Below are positions 33,137 through 42,653 of a stretch of DNA of 64,000 bases, one piece after another. The translations under genes were made by a program, and so were the position numbers. A model generated the notes under the pieces. The model saw only the letters and a program-made list of their open reading frames with translations, was not told the origin of the DNA and did no database searches. Source of the stretch: Chloroflexota bacterium (lineage in GTDB: Bacteria; Chloroflexota; Dehalococcoidia; JACQUO01); contig JACQUO010000029.1 of the NCBI GenBank assembly GCA_016210205.1, forward strand, positions 11,197 to 75,196, in the 5' to 3' direction. Within the stretch, counting starts at the first letter, position 1. Every line of letters begins with the position of its first letter.

Positions 33137-35317
33137 GTGGGTCTGGGCAGAGGAAGTGCTATGGTAAACTCCAGCTTCTCCGACTACGAAGAGCCTCCAG
33201 CCGTCTCCGACCTGGCCCAGGAGAAGCGGGAGTCGGAGGCCATCCTGGCGGTCATCGCCGCCGCCAGCGCCTACCTGGAACTGGACAAAGTGCTGGCGAC
33301 GGCCATGGCCAAGACCGTGGAGGTTCTGGGGGCCGACAACGGCTCCATCCATCTGCTGGAAGAAGCCAGTGGCGAGCTCGTCCTCCAAACTCCCCGCTTC
33401 GTCGACCCAGCCCTGGCAGAAGTGGTAGGGCGACTCAAGCTGGGACAGAGCTTGACGGGCCTGGTGGCGCAGCGGGGGGAGCCCATCCTGACCCCAGACC
33501 TAGCCGCCGACCCCCGGAGCACCCTTCCGGCGGCGGCCACGGCAGGGATACAGTCCCTGGCGGTGGTGCCCATCAAACTCAAGGAGCGAACCTTAGGCAC
33601 CTTGGCCTGCAGCACACAAAAGGGCAAGCCCCCGCTGACGCAGCGTCATGTGAGCCTCATGCAGGCCATCGCCAACGCCATCGCCCCCGCCATTGAGAAC
33701 GCCCGCCTCTACCAGCGCGAGCGAGAGGCGACGGCGGCCCTGGCCCGGGAGAAGCAGACCCTAGAGGCCATTAACGCCGTGGTGGCCGCGGCCAGCGCCT
33801 CCCTGGAGCTGGAGCAGGCCCTGGAGCTAGCCCTGGACAAGGCCCTGGAGATGACCAGGCAGAAGATTGGCGCCCTCCATCTGGTGGATGAAGCCACGGG
33901 GGAGCTGGCTCTGGCCTGCCATCGAAACATGGCCCCGCGAATAGCAGCGGATACACAGCGCCTCAAATCTGGGGGAAGCGTGGTGTGGTGGTCCGCCGCC
34001 AATGCGGCGCCCATCCTGGTCACCAACACGCACGCAGATGAAAGAATAGCGCTCGCTTCTGTAAGGCAGCAACCCCCCTACTCCATCGCCTGCGCCCCCC
34101 TCATGGTGCAAGACAAGGTGCTGGGGACGCTGTCATTGATAAGGCGGAGGGTCGACAGCCTTACGGAACAGGACCTACAAGCACTGGTAAACATCGCCAA
34201 CGCCGTCGCCCCCGCCATCGAGCGCGCCCGCCTCATCAAGCAAGAGCGGGAGACCGCCCAAGCCCTGGCCCAGGAGAAAGCAGGCCTTGAGGCCGTGAAC
34301 TCGGTAGTGGCAGCGGCCACTGCCTCCGTAGAGCTGAATCTGGTGCTGAAGTTGGCCCTGGAGAAGACTATCTCTGCCCTTGGCACCGACGCCGGCACCA
34401 TTCATTTGCTGGAGGAAGGGAGCGGCGACCTGGTGCTCAAGGCCCACCACCGCCTACCTCTAGAAGGGGTAAGAGATGTCCAGCGCCTCAAAGTAGCCAA
34501 TAGCCTGGTGGGGATGGCGGTGGAACGAAAGGAACCCGTCCTGGTGCCCGATATGACTCAAGAGCCCAGGCTGGCCACCCAGGCCACCATACGGCAGGGG
34601 CCCCGGGCCATGGTAGTAGTTCCCATCATACTCCATGACCGGGTGCTGGGGACCTTAACCACCGCCCAGGCCGGGGCAGACTCCATAAGTCCGCAGAATA
34701 CGAAGTTGATGAAGACCATCGCCAACGCCATCGCCCCAGCCATTGAGCATGCCCGTCTCTATGAACAGATGGCATCCTTGGCTTTAACGGACACCCTCAC
34801 GGGCCTGCCCAACCTGCGCTACCTTCAGGGGGAGCTGGAGCGAGAGTTGGCCCGCAGCCGCCGCGAGCAGACGCCGCTATCCCTGCTGCTAATGGATATA
34901 GACTCCCTGAAATCGATAAACGACCAATACGGCCACCAGGCGGGAGACCGCCTCCTGAAGGAGATGTGTGGTCTCTTTAAGGGGGCTGTTAGAGCCTCGG
35001 AAATCGTGGCCCGCTACGGCGGCGACGAGTTCGTGGTCGCCCTGCCCAACGCCAACCCCACCGGGGCCGAGGTTGTAGCCCAGCGCATCCACCAGCGGGT
35101 CAATGACTATCGCCTGCAGGTGAGGGAAGGGAAGGAGATAGCGGCCCACGTGAGCATCGGCATCGCCACCTTCCCCCAGCAGGCCGCCAGCGCCGCGGAG
35201 CTCCTGGACCGGGCCGACTCCGCCGCCTACCGCAGCAAGGCCCGAGGGCGGAACCAGATTACCCTGTACCCCGACACACCGGTGGAGTCCAGCCCCGGCC
35301 CCTCTGGCCAGAGCTGA
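33137..35317 (+). CDS. Diguanylate cyclase with three tandem GAF domains (3xGAF-GGDEF)
   Basis: 726 aa. It has three GAF modules of about 175 aa, each ending in IANAIAPAIE(N/R/H)ARL. The GGDEF domain follows, with RYGGDEFVV and an RxxD-like site. Confidence 0.9.
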   Translation: MGLGRGSAMVNSSFSDYEEPPAVSDLAQEKRESEAILAVIAAASAYLELDKVLATAMAKTVEVLGADNGSIHLLEEASGELVLQTPRFVDPALAEVVGRLKLGQSLTGLVAQRGEPILTPDLAADPRSTLPAAATAGIQSLAVVPIKLKERTLGTLACSTQKGKPPLTQRHVSLMQAIANAIAPAIENARLYQREREATAALAREKQTLEAINAVVAAASASLELEQALELALDKALEMTRQKIGALHLVDEATGELALACHRNMAPRIAADTQRLKSGGSVVWWSAANAAPILVTNTHADERIALASVRQQPPYSIACAPLMVQDKVLGTLSLIRRRVDSLTEQDLQALVNIANAVAPAIERARLIKQERETAQALAQEKAGLEAVNSVVAAATASVELNLVLKLALEKTISALGTDAGTIHLLEEGSGDLVLKAHHRLPLEGVRDVQRLKVANSLVGMAVERKEPVLVPDMTQEPRLATQATIRQGPRAMVVVPIILHDRVLGTLTTAQAGADSISPQNTKLMKTIANAIAPAIEHARLYEQMASLALTDTLTGLPNLRYLQGELERELARSRREQTPLSLLLMDIDSLKSINDQYGHQAGDRLLKEMCGLFKGAVRASEIVARYGGDEFVVALPNANPTGAEVVAQRIHQRVNDYRLQVREGKEIAAHVSIGIATFPQQAASAAELLDRADSAAYRSKARGRNQITLYPDTPVESSPGPSGQS

Positions 35318-35333
35318 AATCACCCCGCTGGGC

Positions 35334-35876
35334 CTACACCCGCCCCGGTATCCCCATGAGGCCCTTGATGTAGCGTATCTCCCCCAGGTGCCACCAGCCG
35401 TGCCCCAGCACAAAGGCGTGCACCTGCCGCCCCAGGGTCATGGTGGGACGCTCCGGGTTGGTCACCTGGTTCAGCTTCTCCTCGGTCAGCTCCTTGACAC
35501 ACTCCAGGCAGCCAGCGTAGGCGCGCTCGGCGTAGGCCAGGAGCTCCACCTTAGAGGGAAACGCCATCTGGCCCACCTCCGCCACGGGGGTGCCGGTGCC
35601 CTGCTTGGTGGGGTCCATGCGCAGGCGGTCGTGCCACTTCTCCACCTCCCACACTGCGGGCTTGCCCACATAGCGGTGGCAGAAGTTGTCCAGGCTCCGG
35701 GTCATGTGCCAGAAGATGAAGTTGACGGGGTTGCCGGCCTGGCCCGCGAGGCCGGGAGGGCTTCCCGAAGGGGAGGGCTGCCAGGCCATCTGCTCCGGGG
35801 TCAGGTCCTTGACCTCGGCCAGGGTGGCCCGGGTGAGGTCGCTCAAGGCCGAATGGATGAAATCGACGGTCTTCAT
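35334..35876 (-). CDS. DinB-family (four-helix bundle, metal-binding) protein
   Basis: 180 aa from the ATG at 35876 (RBS GGAAGGAG). It shows the DinB-like His pattern (IFWHMTRSLD..., LGHGWWHLGEIR). Confidence 0.75.
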   Translation of the reverse strand: MKTVDFIHSALSDLTRATLAEVKDLTPEQMAWQPSPSGSPPGLAGQAGNPVNFIFWHMTRSLDNFCHRYVGKPAVWEVEKWHDRLRMDPTKQGTGTPVAEVGQMAFPSKVELLAYAERAYAGCLECVKELTEEKLNQVTNPERPTMTLGRQVHAFVLGHGWWHLGEIRYIKGLMGIPGRV

Positions 35877-35939
35877 GAAGCTCCTTCCTGCGGTCTCTGC
35901 GATAGCCTTTGACCAAGGCCCCACGGCCCGTGATGGCCC

Positions 35940-37574
35940 TTAGCTTACCACAACCCTGCCCTGGCTTTCCAGGCGACGCTCCCGGGCGGGGCGGCGGCTC
36001 CGAACCTGAGGGATGGCGGCGAAGTTGTAGGGCGGCGGCGGTGAGGAGGTGAGCCACTCCAGGGTATCACCCTCCCAGGGGTCGTCGCCGGCCCGCTGCC
36101 CCCGGGCCAAGCTCCTGAAGATATTGACCAGGAACACGACTAAGGACACAGCGATGGTGAAGGCACCTACGGCGGAGATGAAATTGAGGTCGTTCCAACC
36201 CATATCGGGGCGGTAATCGGCGATGCGCCGCGGCATCCCCAGCACCCCCAGCAGGAACATGGGGAAGAAGGTCAGGTTGAGTCCCACCATCATGAGCCAA
36301 AAGTGGGCCTGGCCCAGCCCCTCGCCCAGCCTCCGGCCCGTCATCTTGGGGAACCAGTAGTAAATCCCGGCGAATATCCCCAGGACACTCCCGCCCACGA
36401 TGGTGTAGTGGAAGTGGCCCACCACCCAATAGGTGTCGTGAAGCTGCCAGTCCACCGGGATGACGGCCTGGAAAACCCCAGTGATGCCGCCGATGGGGAA
36501 GAGGGCCAGGAAGCTCAGGGCGAAGAGCATGGCGGTGCGAAAGGTGAGAGCCCCACCCCAAAGGGTGGCCAGCCAGTTGAAGATTTTGACCCCCGAGGGT
36601 ATGGCCACCGCCATGGTGGTAATCATGAAGAGCGCTTGAATCTCCAGGCCCAACCCCACGGTGAACATGTGGTGCCCCCATACCATGAAGCCCAAAATGC
36701 CAATGGCCACCGTGGAGTAAGCGATGGCCTTGTATCCGAAGATGGGCTTGTGGGAAAAGACGGGTAGCACCTCGGAGATAATCCCCATGGCCGGCAGAAT
36801 CATGAGATAGACCGCGGGATGGGAGTAGAACCAGAACATGTGCTGCCAGAGGACCGGGGCGCCCCCCGCCGCGGCGAAGAATCCGGTGCCCAGCATGCGG
36901 TCCGCCAGGAGCAGGGACAGGGCCACCGCCAGCACCGGGGTGGCCACCAGGATGACCAGGCTGTTCACCATAACGGCCCAGGTGAACAGCGGCATGCGAT
37001 GCAGCCCCAGGCCCGGCGCCCGCAAGCGGAAGATGGTGACTGCAAAGTTGATGGCCCCCAGCACGGAGGAGATGCCGATGAGCAACAGGCTCAAGACCCA
37101 CAGGTCCTCGCCAACCTGCGGCGAATAGGCCCGGCTCGAAAGAGGCGGATAACCGGTCCACCCGGCATCGGCGCTTCTTCCCCACAGAAAGCCACTGTAG
37201 AGGAGCACGCCGGCGGCCAGGAAGAGCCAGTAGGAGAGGGCATTGAGGCGGGGGAAGGCCATATCTCGCGCCCCAATCTGCAAAGGCACCATATAGTTGC
37301 CCAGGCCCGCCAGCATGGGCAGCACCCACAGGAAAACCATGGTGACCCCGTGCATGGTGAAGACCTGATTGTAGGCGTCTGGGGCCAGGAACTGAAGGCC
37401 AGGGCGAGCCAACTCCGTCCGCATGACGAGGGCCAGGGACACCCCCACCAGGAAAAAGGCGAAGGCGGTGACCATGTAGAGGATGCCGATGCGCTTGTGG
37501 TCGGTGGTGGCCAGCCAGCCCCTCAGGCTCGGCTCCCGCGTCGCGCTGGCCCGAGTCCCGCCTATTATTGCCAT
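35940..37574 (-). CDS. ctaD: Cytochrome c oxidase subunit I
   Basis: 544 aa heme-copper oxidase with the His ligand contexts WFYSHPAVY and VWGHHMFTVG, and 12 TM helices. Confidence 0.95.
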   Translation of the reverse strand: MAIIGGTRASATREPSLRGWLATTDHKRIGILYMVTAFAFFLVGVSLALVMRTELARPGLQFLAPDAYNQVFTMHGVTMVFLWVLPMLAGLGNYMVPLQIGARDMAFPRLNALSYWLFLAAGVLLYSGFLWGRSADAGWTGYPPLSSRAYSPQVGEDLWVLSLLLIGISSVLGAINFAVTIFRLRAPGLGLHRMPLFTWAVMVNSLVILVATPVLAVALSLLLADRMLGTGFFAAAGGAPVLWQHMFWFYSHPAVYLMILPAMGIISEVLPVFSHKPIFGYKAIAYSTVAIGILGFMVWGHHMFTVGLGLEIQALFMITTMAVAIPSGVKIFNWLATLWGGALTFRTAMLFALSFLALFPIGGITGVFQAVIPVDWQLHDTYWVVGHFHYTIVGGSVLGIFAGIYYWFPKMTGRRLGEGLGQAHFWLMMVGLNLTFFPMFLLGVLGMPRRIADYRPDMGWNDLNFISAVGAFTIAVSLVVFLVNIFRSLARGQRAGDDPWEGDTLEWLTSSPPPPYNFAAIPQVRSRRPARERRLESQGRVVVS

Positions 37575-37638
37575 TAGACCATCCTGAACTTAATGCCGGG
37601 AATTTTGCCCCGTGCCGCCCCACCGCGCCCATTTAGGC

Positions 37639-38304
37639 TCATGGCGACCAGGCTTGTGCTCCTCTTTCAGGGGCAGAGGAGGCCCCGAGACGCGCCTGCT
37701 CAGCCTTTAGCCAGACCTCGAACTCCCCGGGCTCCAGGGCCACCACCTCCAGGAGCATGAGGCTGTGCCCGAACCCGCAGAACTCCACGCACTGCCCCTT
37801 GTAGGTCCCGGGGTGGTCAGCTTGCAGCCAGGCGGTGTTCACCGTGCCAGGGATAGCATCGGTCTTGCCGCCCAGCTCGGGGGCCCAGAAGCTGTGGATG
37901 ACATCCCTGGAAGCCACCTCCACCCGCACCATCTTGCCCACCGGGATGCGCAGGACCCGGGTGGAGGTGACCCCACCGGGATACTGGAACTCCCAGAACC
38001 AGGTTTGGCCCACCGCCCGCACCGCGAGCTCCTCCCGATGACCTTGGGCCAGAGCCGACATGGTCTGGAGCGTCAATACCGTCAACGCCGCCAAGATGAG
38101 GGTGGGGACGACAGTCCAGGTCAGCTCCAAGGGGGTGTGCCCGTGGACCTCACGTGGGACCTCCCCGCCCCAGGCCCGGTATCGCACCACAATAAAAACC
38201 AGCAGCCCCTCGACAAGCAGGAACACGGCCAGAGCCATCCAAAAGACCGCTCCGAAGAGCGCAGTAATGGCGTGGGCGTCGGGACTGGCAGGGGAAACCA
38301 TCAA
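37639..38304 (-). CDS. ctaC: Cytochrome c oxidase subunit II
   Basis: 221 aa with two N-terminal TM helices and a CuA site: HSFWAPELG...CVEFCGFGHSLM. Confidence 0.9.
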   Translation of the reverse strand: MMVSPASPDAHAITALFGAVFWMALAVFLLVEGLLVFIVVRYRAWGGEVPREVHGHTPLELTWTVVPTLILAALTVLTLQTMSALAQGHREELAVRAVGQTWFWEFQYPGGVTSTRVLRIPVGKMVRVEVASRDVIHSFWAPELGGKTDAIPGTVNTAWLQADHPGTYKGQCVEFCGFGHSLMLLEVVALEPGEFEVWLKAEQARLGASSAPERGAQAWSP

Positions 38305-38518
38305 GCCTACTCCAGTAGCGGCGAGGCTCTGCCCTCAGGCTTTGAGCAATATCGGGTTGTAGACCCAAAAGGCTGACGCCCGCGACGGGCCAGCGCTGTA
38401 TGTCTCCGTTGGCCTTGCATCGCGGGCGTCTTCACGATATTCGCTTTTCCCCGTGGCCCTATGGTCGCGGCGGGAGGCCCGCTGCTAGCATAAGGCTTTT
38501 GTCCGTCCTCTGTCAGTC

Positions 38519-39037
38519 CTACTTTAGGCTAGCGACAAAGGCGACGAGGTCTTTAATTTCGGCGTCGGTGAGGGCGATGACCGGCATGATGGGGTTGAAG
38601 CCCTTGACCACCTTGGCAGTGGGAACCTTGATGGACTCCGTTATGTAAGCATCATCCACCGTCACCGCGCTGCCCTCGGTCATGGCCTCAGGCTTGCCGT
38701 AGATGCCCACCAATTTAGGGCCTATACCGGGAGCACCTTCCCCGTTAGCGCCATGGCAGGCATTGCAACCCTTAGCTGTGTAGAGAGCTTTGCCGCGGGC
38801 AGCGTCCCCGCTAGTGGCAGCGGGCCTGGTGGCGGCGGGAGGGGCGGCCGTGGGAGCCACAGCAGGAGGCGCTGAGGTGGCCGTAGGGGCCACGGTGGGA
38901 GCACGGGTCGGGGCCGGAGGCACCGGGGTAGCCGTAGGGGGAGTGGCACCACCACAAGCCGCCAGCAGGAAAACCCCCGCCACAGGAATTAGTGCCAAAC
39001 CTCTCTTCACATTCCTCCTCCAAAATTTAGGGGGCAT
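38519..39037 (-). CDS. Class I c-type cytochrome, probable lipoprotein
   Basis: 172 aa with a lipobox-like LLAACGG, a Pro/Ala/Thr-rich linker and the heme motif CNACHG. Confidence 0.85.
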   Translation of the reverse strand: MPPKFWRRNVKRGLALIPVAGVFLLAACGGATPPTATPVPPAPTRAPTVAPTATSAPPAVAPTAAPPAATRPAATSGDAARGKALYTAKGCNACHGANGEGAPGIGPKLVGIYGKPEAMTEGSAVTVDDAYITESIKVPTAKVVKGFNPIMPVIALTDAEIKDLVAFVASLK

Positions 39038-39211
39038 GGCCCCAAATACTGGGGGGTATTATACTCGTCCCCCCTTTGGCGGTCAAGGAGTCAAAAGGCA
39101 TCTCGTTGGTTCTACCTGGCCAACCCCAGGCTCCTCCCCTCCGCTGGCCGTGGGCCCCGAGGAAAATTGTCTGCCATTTGACATCATGCTGCCCTCGTAG
39201 TATAAAACGCT

Positions 39212-40003
39212 GTGGCTCAAACCACAATTCTTCAAAAGGCCTTCATGGAGCTGCACAGCCCGGACCTTCACGACCGCATCACCTCCATCCTCCTCACCCT
39301 CTGGGCGTCCCCGGGGCGCGAGGACGCCCGGGCCTGGGCCTTAGCGGTGGCGTTGGGATACATCGTGGCCCAGAAACCTGGCGGCGTAGACCTGTCCGCC
39401 GCCTGGAAACTGCTGGAGGAGGAATATACGGCCCACATCAAACAACGCTTTCCCCAAGAAAAAGACCTGGCTGGAAGCTTCAAAGACGCCGGGGAGGAAG
39501 CCTGGGCCGGCTTCCTGGTGGACTATGTCAACCGCAGCCCGAGCCTTCGCCATGAGGGTGTCCAGGGGGTTAAGCTCACGGCTGAGGGCCTGAAATCTCT
39601 GGCCTCCAGCGCCCCAAAAGGCGTGGCGGCCCCTGGCATTGGCATCCTGGGCCTGGCGTCCGGCGGCCCCCGGCTCTTCGGCGTCCTGCTCCCTATCGTA
39701 GGCCTGGGCTCAGGCCTGCGCCCCCGGGAGACCCAAAGCCAAGCCCTGCGAGATAAGGGGCTTTGGACCGGCCTGGCCGCCCTCGACCTGGAGGGCAGCT
39801 TGGCCACCGGAGGGAGGCTGACGCCCTCAGGGCGCCGCCTGGCCGCGGGAGCCTTCAGCGCCGCCTATGTGGCAGGCGAGTTCCCCGCTGGAGGAGCCCT
39901 CAAGCCCTTGCCGGGCACGTCCAGCGCCGAAGGCTCCCCTTTAGCTGCCGACCTCCTGGCGTCCTGGGAGCAGCGCCGCCAGCCCCCCCCCGAGGCGCAC
40001 TAG
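39212..40003 (+). CDS. Hypothetical protein
   Basis: 263-aa ORF with host-like GC3 bias. It has a helical N-terminal half and a Gly/Ala/Leu/Ser-rich C-terminal half. No family was recognised. There is a convergent 4-bp overlap with the next gene. Confidence 0.45.
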   Translation: MAQTTILQKAFMELHSPDLHDRITSILLTLWASPGREDARAWALAVALGYIVAQKPGGVDLSAAWKLLEEEYTAHIKQRFPQEKDLAGSFKDAGEEAWAGFLVDYVNRSPSLRHEGVQGVKLTAEGLKSLASSAPKGVAAPGIGILGLASGGPRLFGVLLPIVGLGSGLRPRETQSQALRDKGLWTGLAALDLEGSLATGGRLTPSGRRLAAGAFSAAYVAGEFPAGGALKPLPGTSSAEGSPLAADLLASWEQRRQPPPEAH

Positions 40004-40986
40004 TCCACCTCGAAAGGCACGCAGTGGTGCTCGCAGGCGTTGCCGTGGACGGAGATGACCTTGTAGGCTGAGGTGGCGGCCAGCGCTCCCTGGGCCGCAG
40101 CAGTGATGGTCTGCTTGAGGTCCCCAGCGCCATCGCAGACATCGCCGGCGGCGAAGAAGCGGGGGACATTGGTCTCCATGAGCTTGCCCACCATGACCTC
40201 GCCCTTCTCGTTCAAGGCCACGCCCAGGGCACGAGCCATCTCGCTCCGCGGCTCCGCCCCAATCTCCACGAAGACCCCTTCCACTGCCAGCTCACGACTG
40301 CCCCCGAAGGGCTGGCTCAGCTCCAGCCCCGCCAGGGCATCCTCGCGGCTCAAGAGCCTGGTCACCCTGGTGCCCAGCACCGGGACGATGTTCTCCCTTT
40401 CCGATATTAACCTCAAGCTCACCGCCTCGGGCCGGGCGAAAGCCTGGCCCCGATAGACCACATAGACCCTGGGGCAGGCCCGGCTGAGGAGCAAAGCCGC
40501 CTTCACCGCGGAGTCCCCCCCACCGATGACGGCCACAGTCTTCCCCGCATAGAGCGGGGCGTCGCAGGTGGCGCAGTAGGACACCCCCCAGAGGCTCTCC
40601 TCCCCGGGCAGGCCCAGCTTGCGCCGCTCTCGGCCCACGGCGTAAATCAAGGTTTCGCCGTGGACCTGGCCCCCTTCGTATGTTATGTCAAATCCGTGCT
40701 CGACTTTAGCGATAGCAGACGCCTGGGCTTGGACTGTCTTCACCCCCAGGCGGTCTACCTGCTCCTTCATCCGGGACATGAGCTCAAACCCATCCACCTC
40801 CACATATCCCGGATAGTTGGCCAGGATGCTGGCGGTGGCCGTCTCCCCTCCGAAGGTCGGCCCAATCATCAAGGTCTCCAGCCGATAGCGGCCGGAGTAG
40901 AGGGCTGCCGCGTAGGCGGCAGCGCCCTGCCCCAGGATGACCGCGTCATAGGCCTCCACATCCATCTTCCGCTTCACCTCAACCAT
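40000..40986 (-). CDS. Thioredoxin-disulfide reductase-like flavoprotein with a Cys/His-rich C-terminal tail
   Basis: 328 aa. FAD site ILGQGAAAYAAALY, redox-active CATC, NADPH site VIGGGDSA. An extra tail, GNACEHHCVPFEVD, is present. Confidence 0.85.
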   Translation of the reverse strand: MVEVKRKMDVEAYDAVILGQGAAAYAAALYSGRYRLETLMIGPTFGGETATASILANYPGYVEVDGFELMSRMKEQVDRLGVKTVQAQASAIAKVEHGFDITYEGGQVHGETLIYAVGRERRKLGLPGEESLWGVSYCATCDAPLYAGKTVAVIGGGDSAVKAALLLSRACPRVYVVYRGQAFARPEAVSLRLISERENIVPVLGTRVTRLLSREDALAGLELSQPFGGSRELAVEGVFVEIGAEPRSEMARALGVALNEKGEVMVGKLMETNVPRFFAAGDVCDGAGDLKQTITAAAQGALAATSAYKVISVHGNACEHHCVPFEVD

Positions 40987-41162
40987 TTTCCCCTCCGAAA
41001 CTTCTGTGCATCTCGCTTTTAATTCTAAATTATACCATGAGGCGTAGCTTGGGACAGGATGGATAAGGAACTCGGGGGGGACACCCCCAGCATGGAATTC
41101 CTGGTGGTAAAATAGCGGGGCCGCGGCGAAAGCCAGAAGAGACCGGAAAAGGACAGATTAGG

Positions 41163-41720
41163 GTGTCACCCAGCAAGGAGTACAACCTCATCGCCCCGGG
41201 CGTGCCCCAGAAGGGGGGCCGGTGGGCCGACCTGGGCTCCGGCGCCGGCGCCTTCACCCTCCCCCTGGCCCAGCTCCTGGGCCCCCAGGGGGAAATCTAC
41301 TCCGTGGACTGGAACCCCCACTCCTTGGAGGCCCAGCGGCAGCGGTTTGAGGCCAATGACCCCCAGGCCCGGGTCCACTACCTCCCCGCCGATTTCACCC
41401 TGCCCCTGGACCTGCCGCCCCTGGACGGCATCCTCATGGCCAACTCCCTCCACTTCCAGGAGCGCAAGGAGCCGGTCTTGGCCCAGGCGCTCTCCTACCT
41501 CAAGCCAGGGGGCAGGCTCATCGTGGTGGAGTATAACACCAACCTGGGCAACCACTGGGTCCCCTACCCCATAGACCTGGCCGCCTTCCAGCGGCTGGCC
41601 TTGAGGGCCGGCTTCGTCCAGGTGAAGATGCTGGCCCGGGTCCCCTCGCGGTTCCTGGGGGAGATGTACTCCTGCCTGGGCCTGCGCCCGGAAGCGGGGA
41701 CAAGAGACCCAAGAGTATGA
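41163..41720 (+). CDS. Class I SAM-dependent methyltransferase
   Basis: 185 aa (GTG start in the ORF track). Motif I is ADLGSGAGAFTLPLA, and the post-I/II pattern is LKPGGRLIVVEY. Confidence 0.8.
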   Translation: MSPSKEYNLIAPGVPQKGGRWADLGSGAGAFTLPLAQLLGPQGEIYSVDWNPHSLEAQRQRFEANDPQARVHYLPADFTLPLDLPPLDGILMANSLHFQERKEPVLAQALSYLKPGGRLIVVEYNTNLGNHWVPYPIDLAAFQRLALRAGFVQVKMLARVPSRFLGEMYSCLGLRPEAGTRDPRV

Positions 41721-41777
41721 ACGAAGGGGCCTGCCGTAGAGCAGGCCCCGGCCTTTTTCGCTAGCTGGGGTTGGCGC

Positions 41778-42503
41778 TCACGCCCCATCCACCCCGTGCC
41801 AGGAGACTACTTCCTTCAGAGGCACGCGGGCGCTGGCGAAGTTATTCAGGGACGCCTTGGGGTCCGGGTAGCCCAGCGCCAGCGACAGCACCAGGGCTTT
41901 GCTGTCGGGGAGGCCCAGGAACTCCCGCACCATGGCTCCATAGCGCACCCCCGCCGCCAGGGGCACCGACCCCAGGCCGCGGGCGTGGGCTGCCACCATG
42001 ATGTTCTGAAACACAAACCCCAAATCCATCAGGGCATAGGGGTTGAGCTCCCGCTCCATATAGACAAAGATGGCCACCGGCGCGTCGAAGAGGCGCGACC
42101 CCCGCAGCCCTTCCAGCCGCCGACGCTCCCGGTCCTCTCGGGCGATGCCCTGGAGCTCCAGCCTCTGAGCCGCGTTCTCCTGGGAGCGCTGGCGCAGGTG
42201 CTCCGGGAAGGAGGGGAAGGGCAGGTCGGGGGCGGGCTCGGCCCTGGCCTCGGCCTGGGTCTGGAACCGCTTCTGCAGCTCCTTGAGCTTAGGGCCGCCC
42301 ACCACGGCGAACTCCCAGGGCTGGGTGTTCCCCCAAGAGGGGGCACGGACCGCGGCATCAAGAATCTCCCGGATTAAATGCCCCGGCACGGGGTCCGGCT
42401 TGTAGACACGTATGCTCTTGCGGGTCTTGATGGCTTCCAGAGCTTCCACAGTTGCCTCCTCACTTCTGGGCCTGGCCGACAAAAATTTTTCTAAATATAC
42501 CAC
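41778..42503 (-). CDS. Nitroreductase-family flavoprotein
   Basis: 241 aa. RKSIRVYKPDPV...AVRAPSWGNTQPWEF is typical of the nitroreductase fold. Confidence 0.85.
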   Translation of the reverse strand: MVYLEKFLSARPRSEEATVEALEAIKTRKSIRVYKPDPVPGHLIREILDAAVRAPSWGNTQPWEFAVVGGPKLKELQKRFQTQAEARAEPAPDLPFPSFPEHLRQRSQENAAQRLELQGIAREDRERRRLEGLRGSRLFDAPVAIFVYMERELNPYALMDLGFVFQNIMVAAHARGLGSVPLAAGVRYGAMVREFLGLPDSKALVLSLALGYPDPKASLNNFASARVPLKEVVSWHGVDGA

Positions 42504-42595
42504 TTATGGGCCATGGTTGGCAAAAAGGCCGCTGCAGCCTGGCCCGCGCCCTGGCCGGAGCATTGCTGTGGCAGGTGGCGCAGCTTGTGCCTTCC

Positions 42596-42624
42596 TTGAC
42601 AGGCTTCTGGAGCTATGCTACCTT
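42596..42624 (+). promoter_or_regulatory. Putative promoter upstream of the ilv-leu cluster
   Basis: TTGACA (42596-42601) - 17 nt - TACCTT (42619-42624). The -10 is weak. Confidence 0.35.
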
Positions 42625-42653
42625 TATGCAAACACATTGGGCAAGTTCTAGTC

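Noticed and set aside
35940-39037. The absence of cytochrome oxidase subunits III and IV as a sign of a novel oxidase.
   Set aside because: Subunit composition and gene placement vary widely among heme-copper oxidases. Subunits I and II look canonical, and the missing subunits may be encoded elsewhere or fused. The evidence is insufficient.
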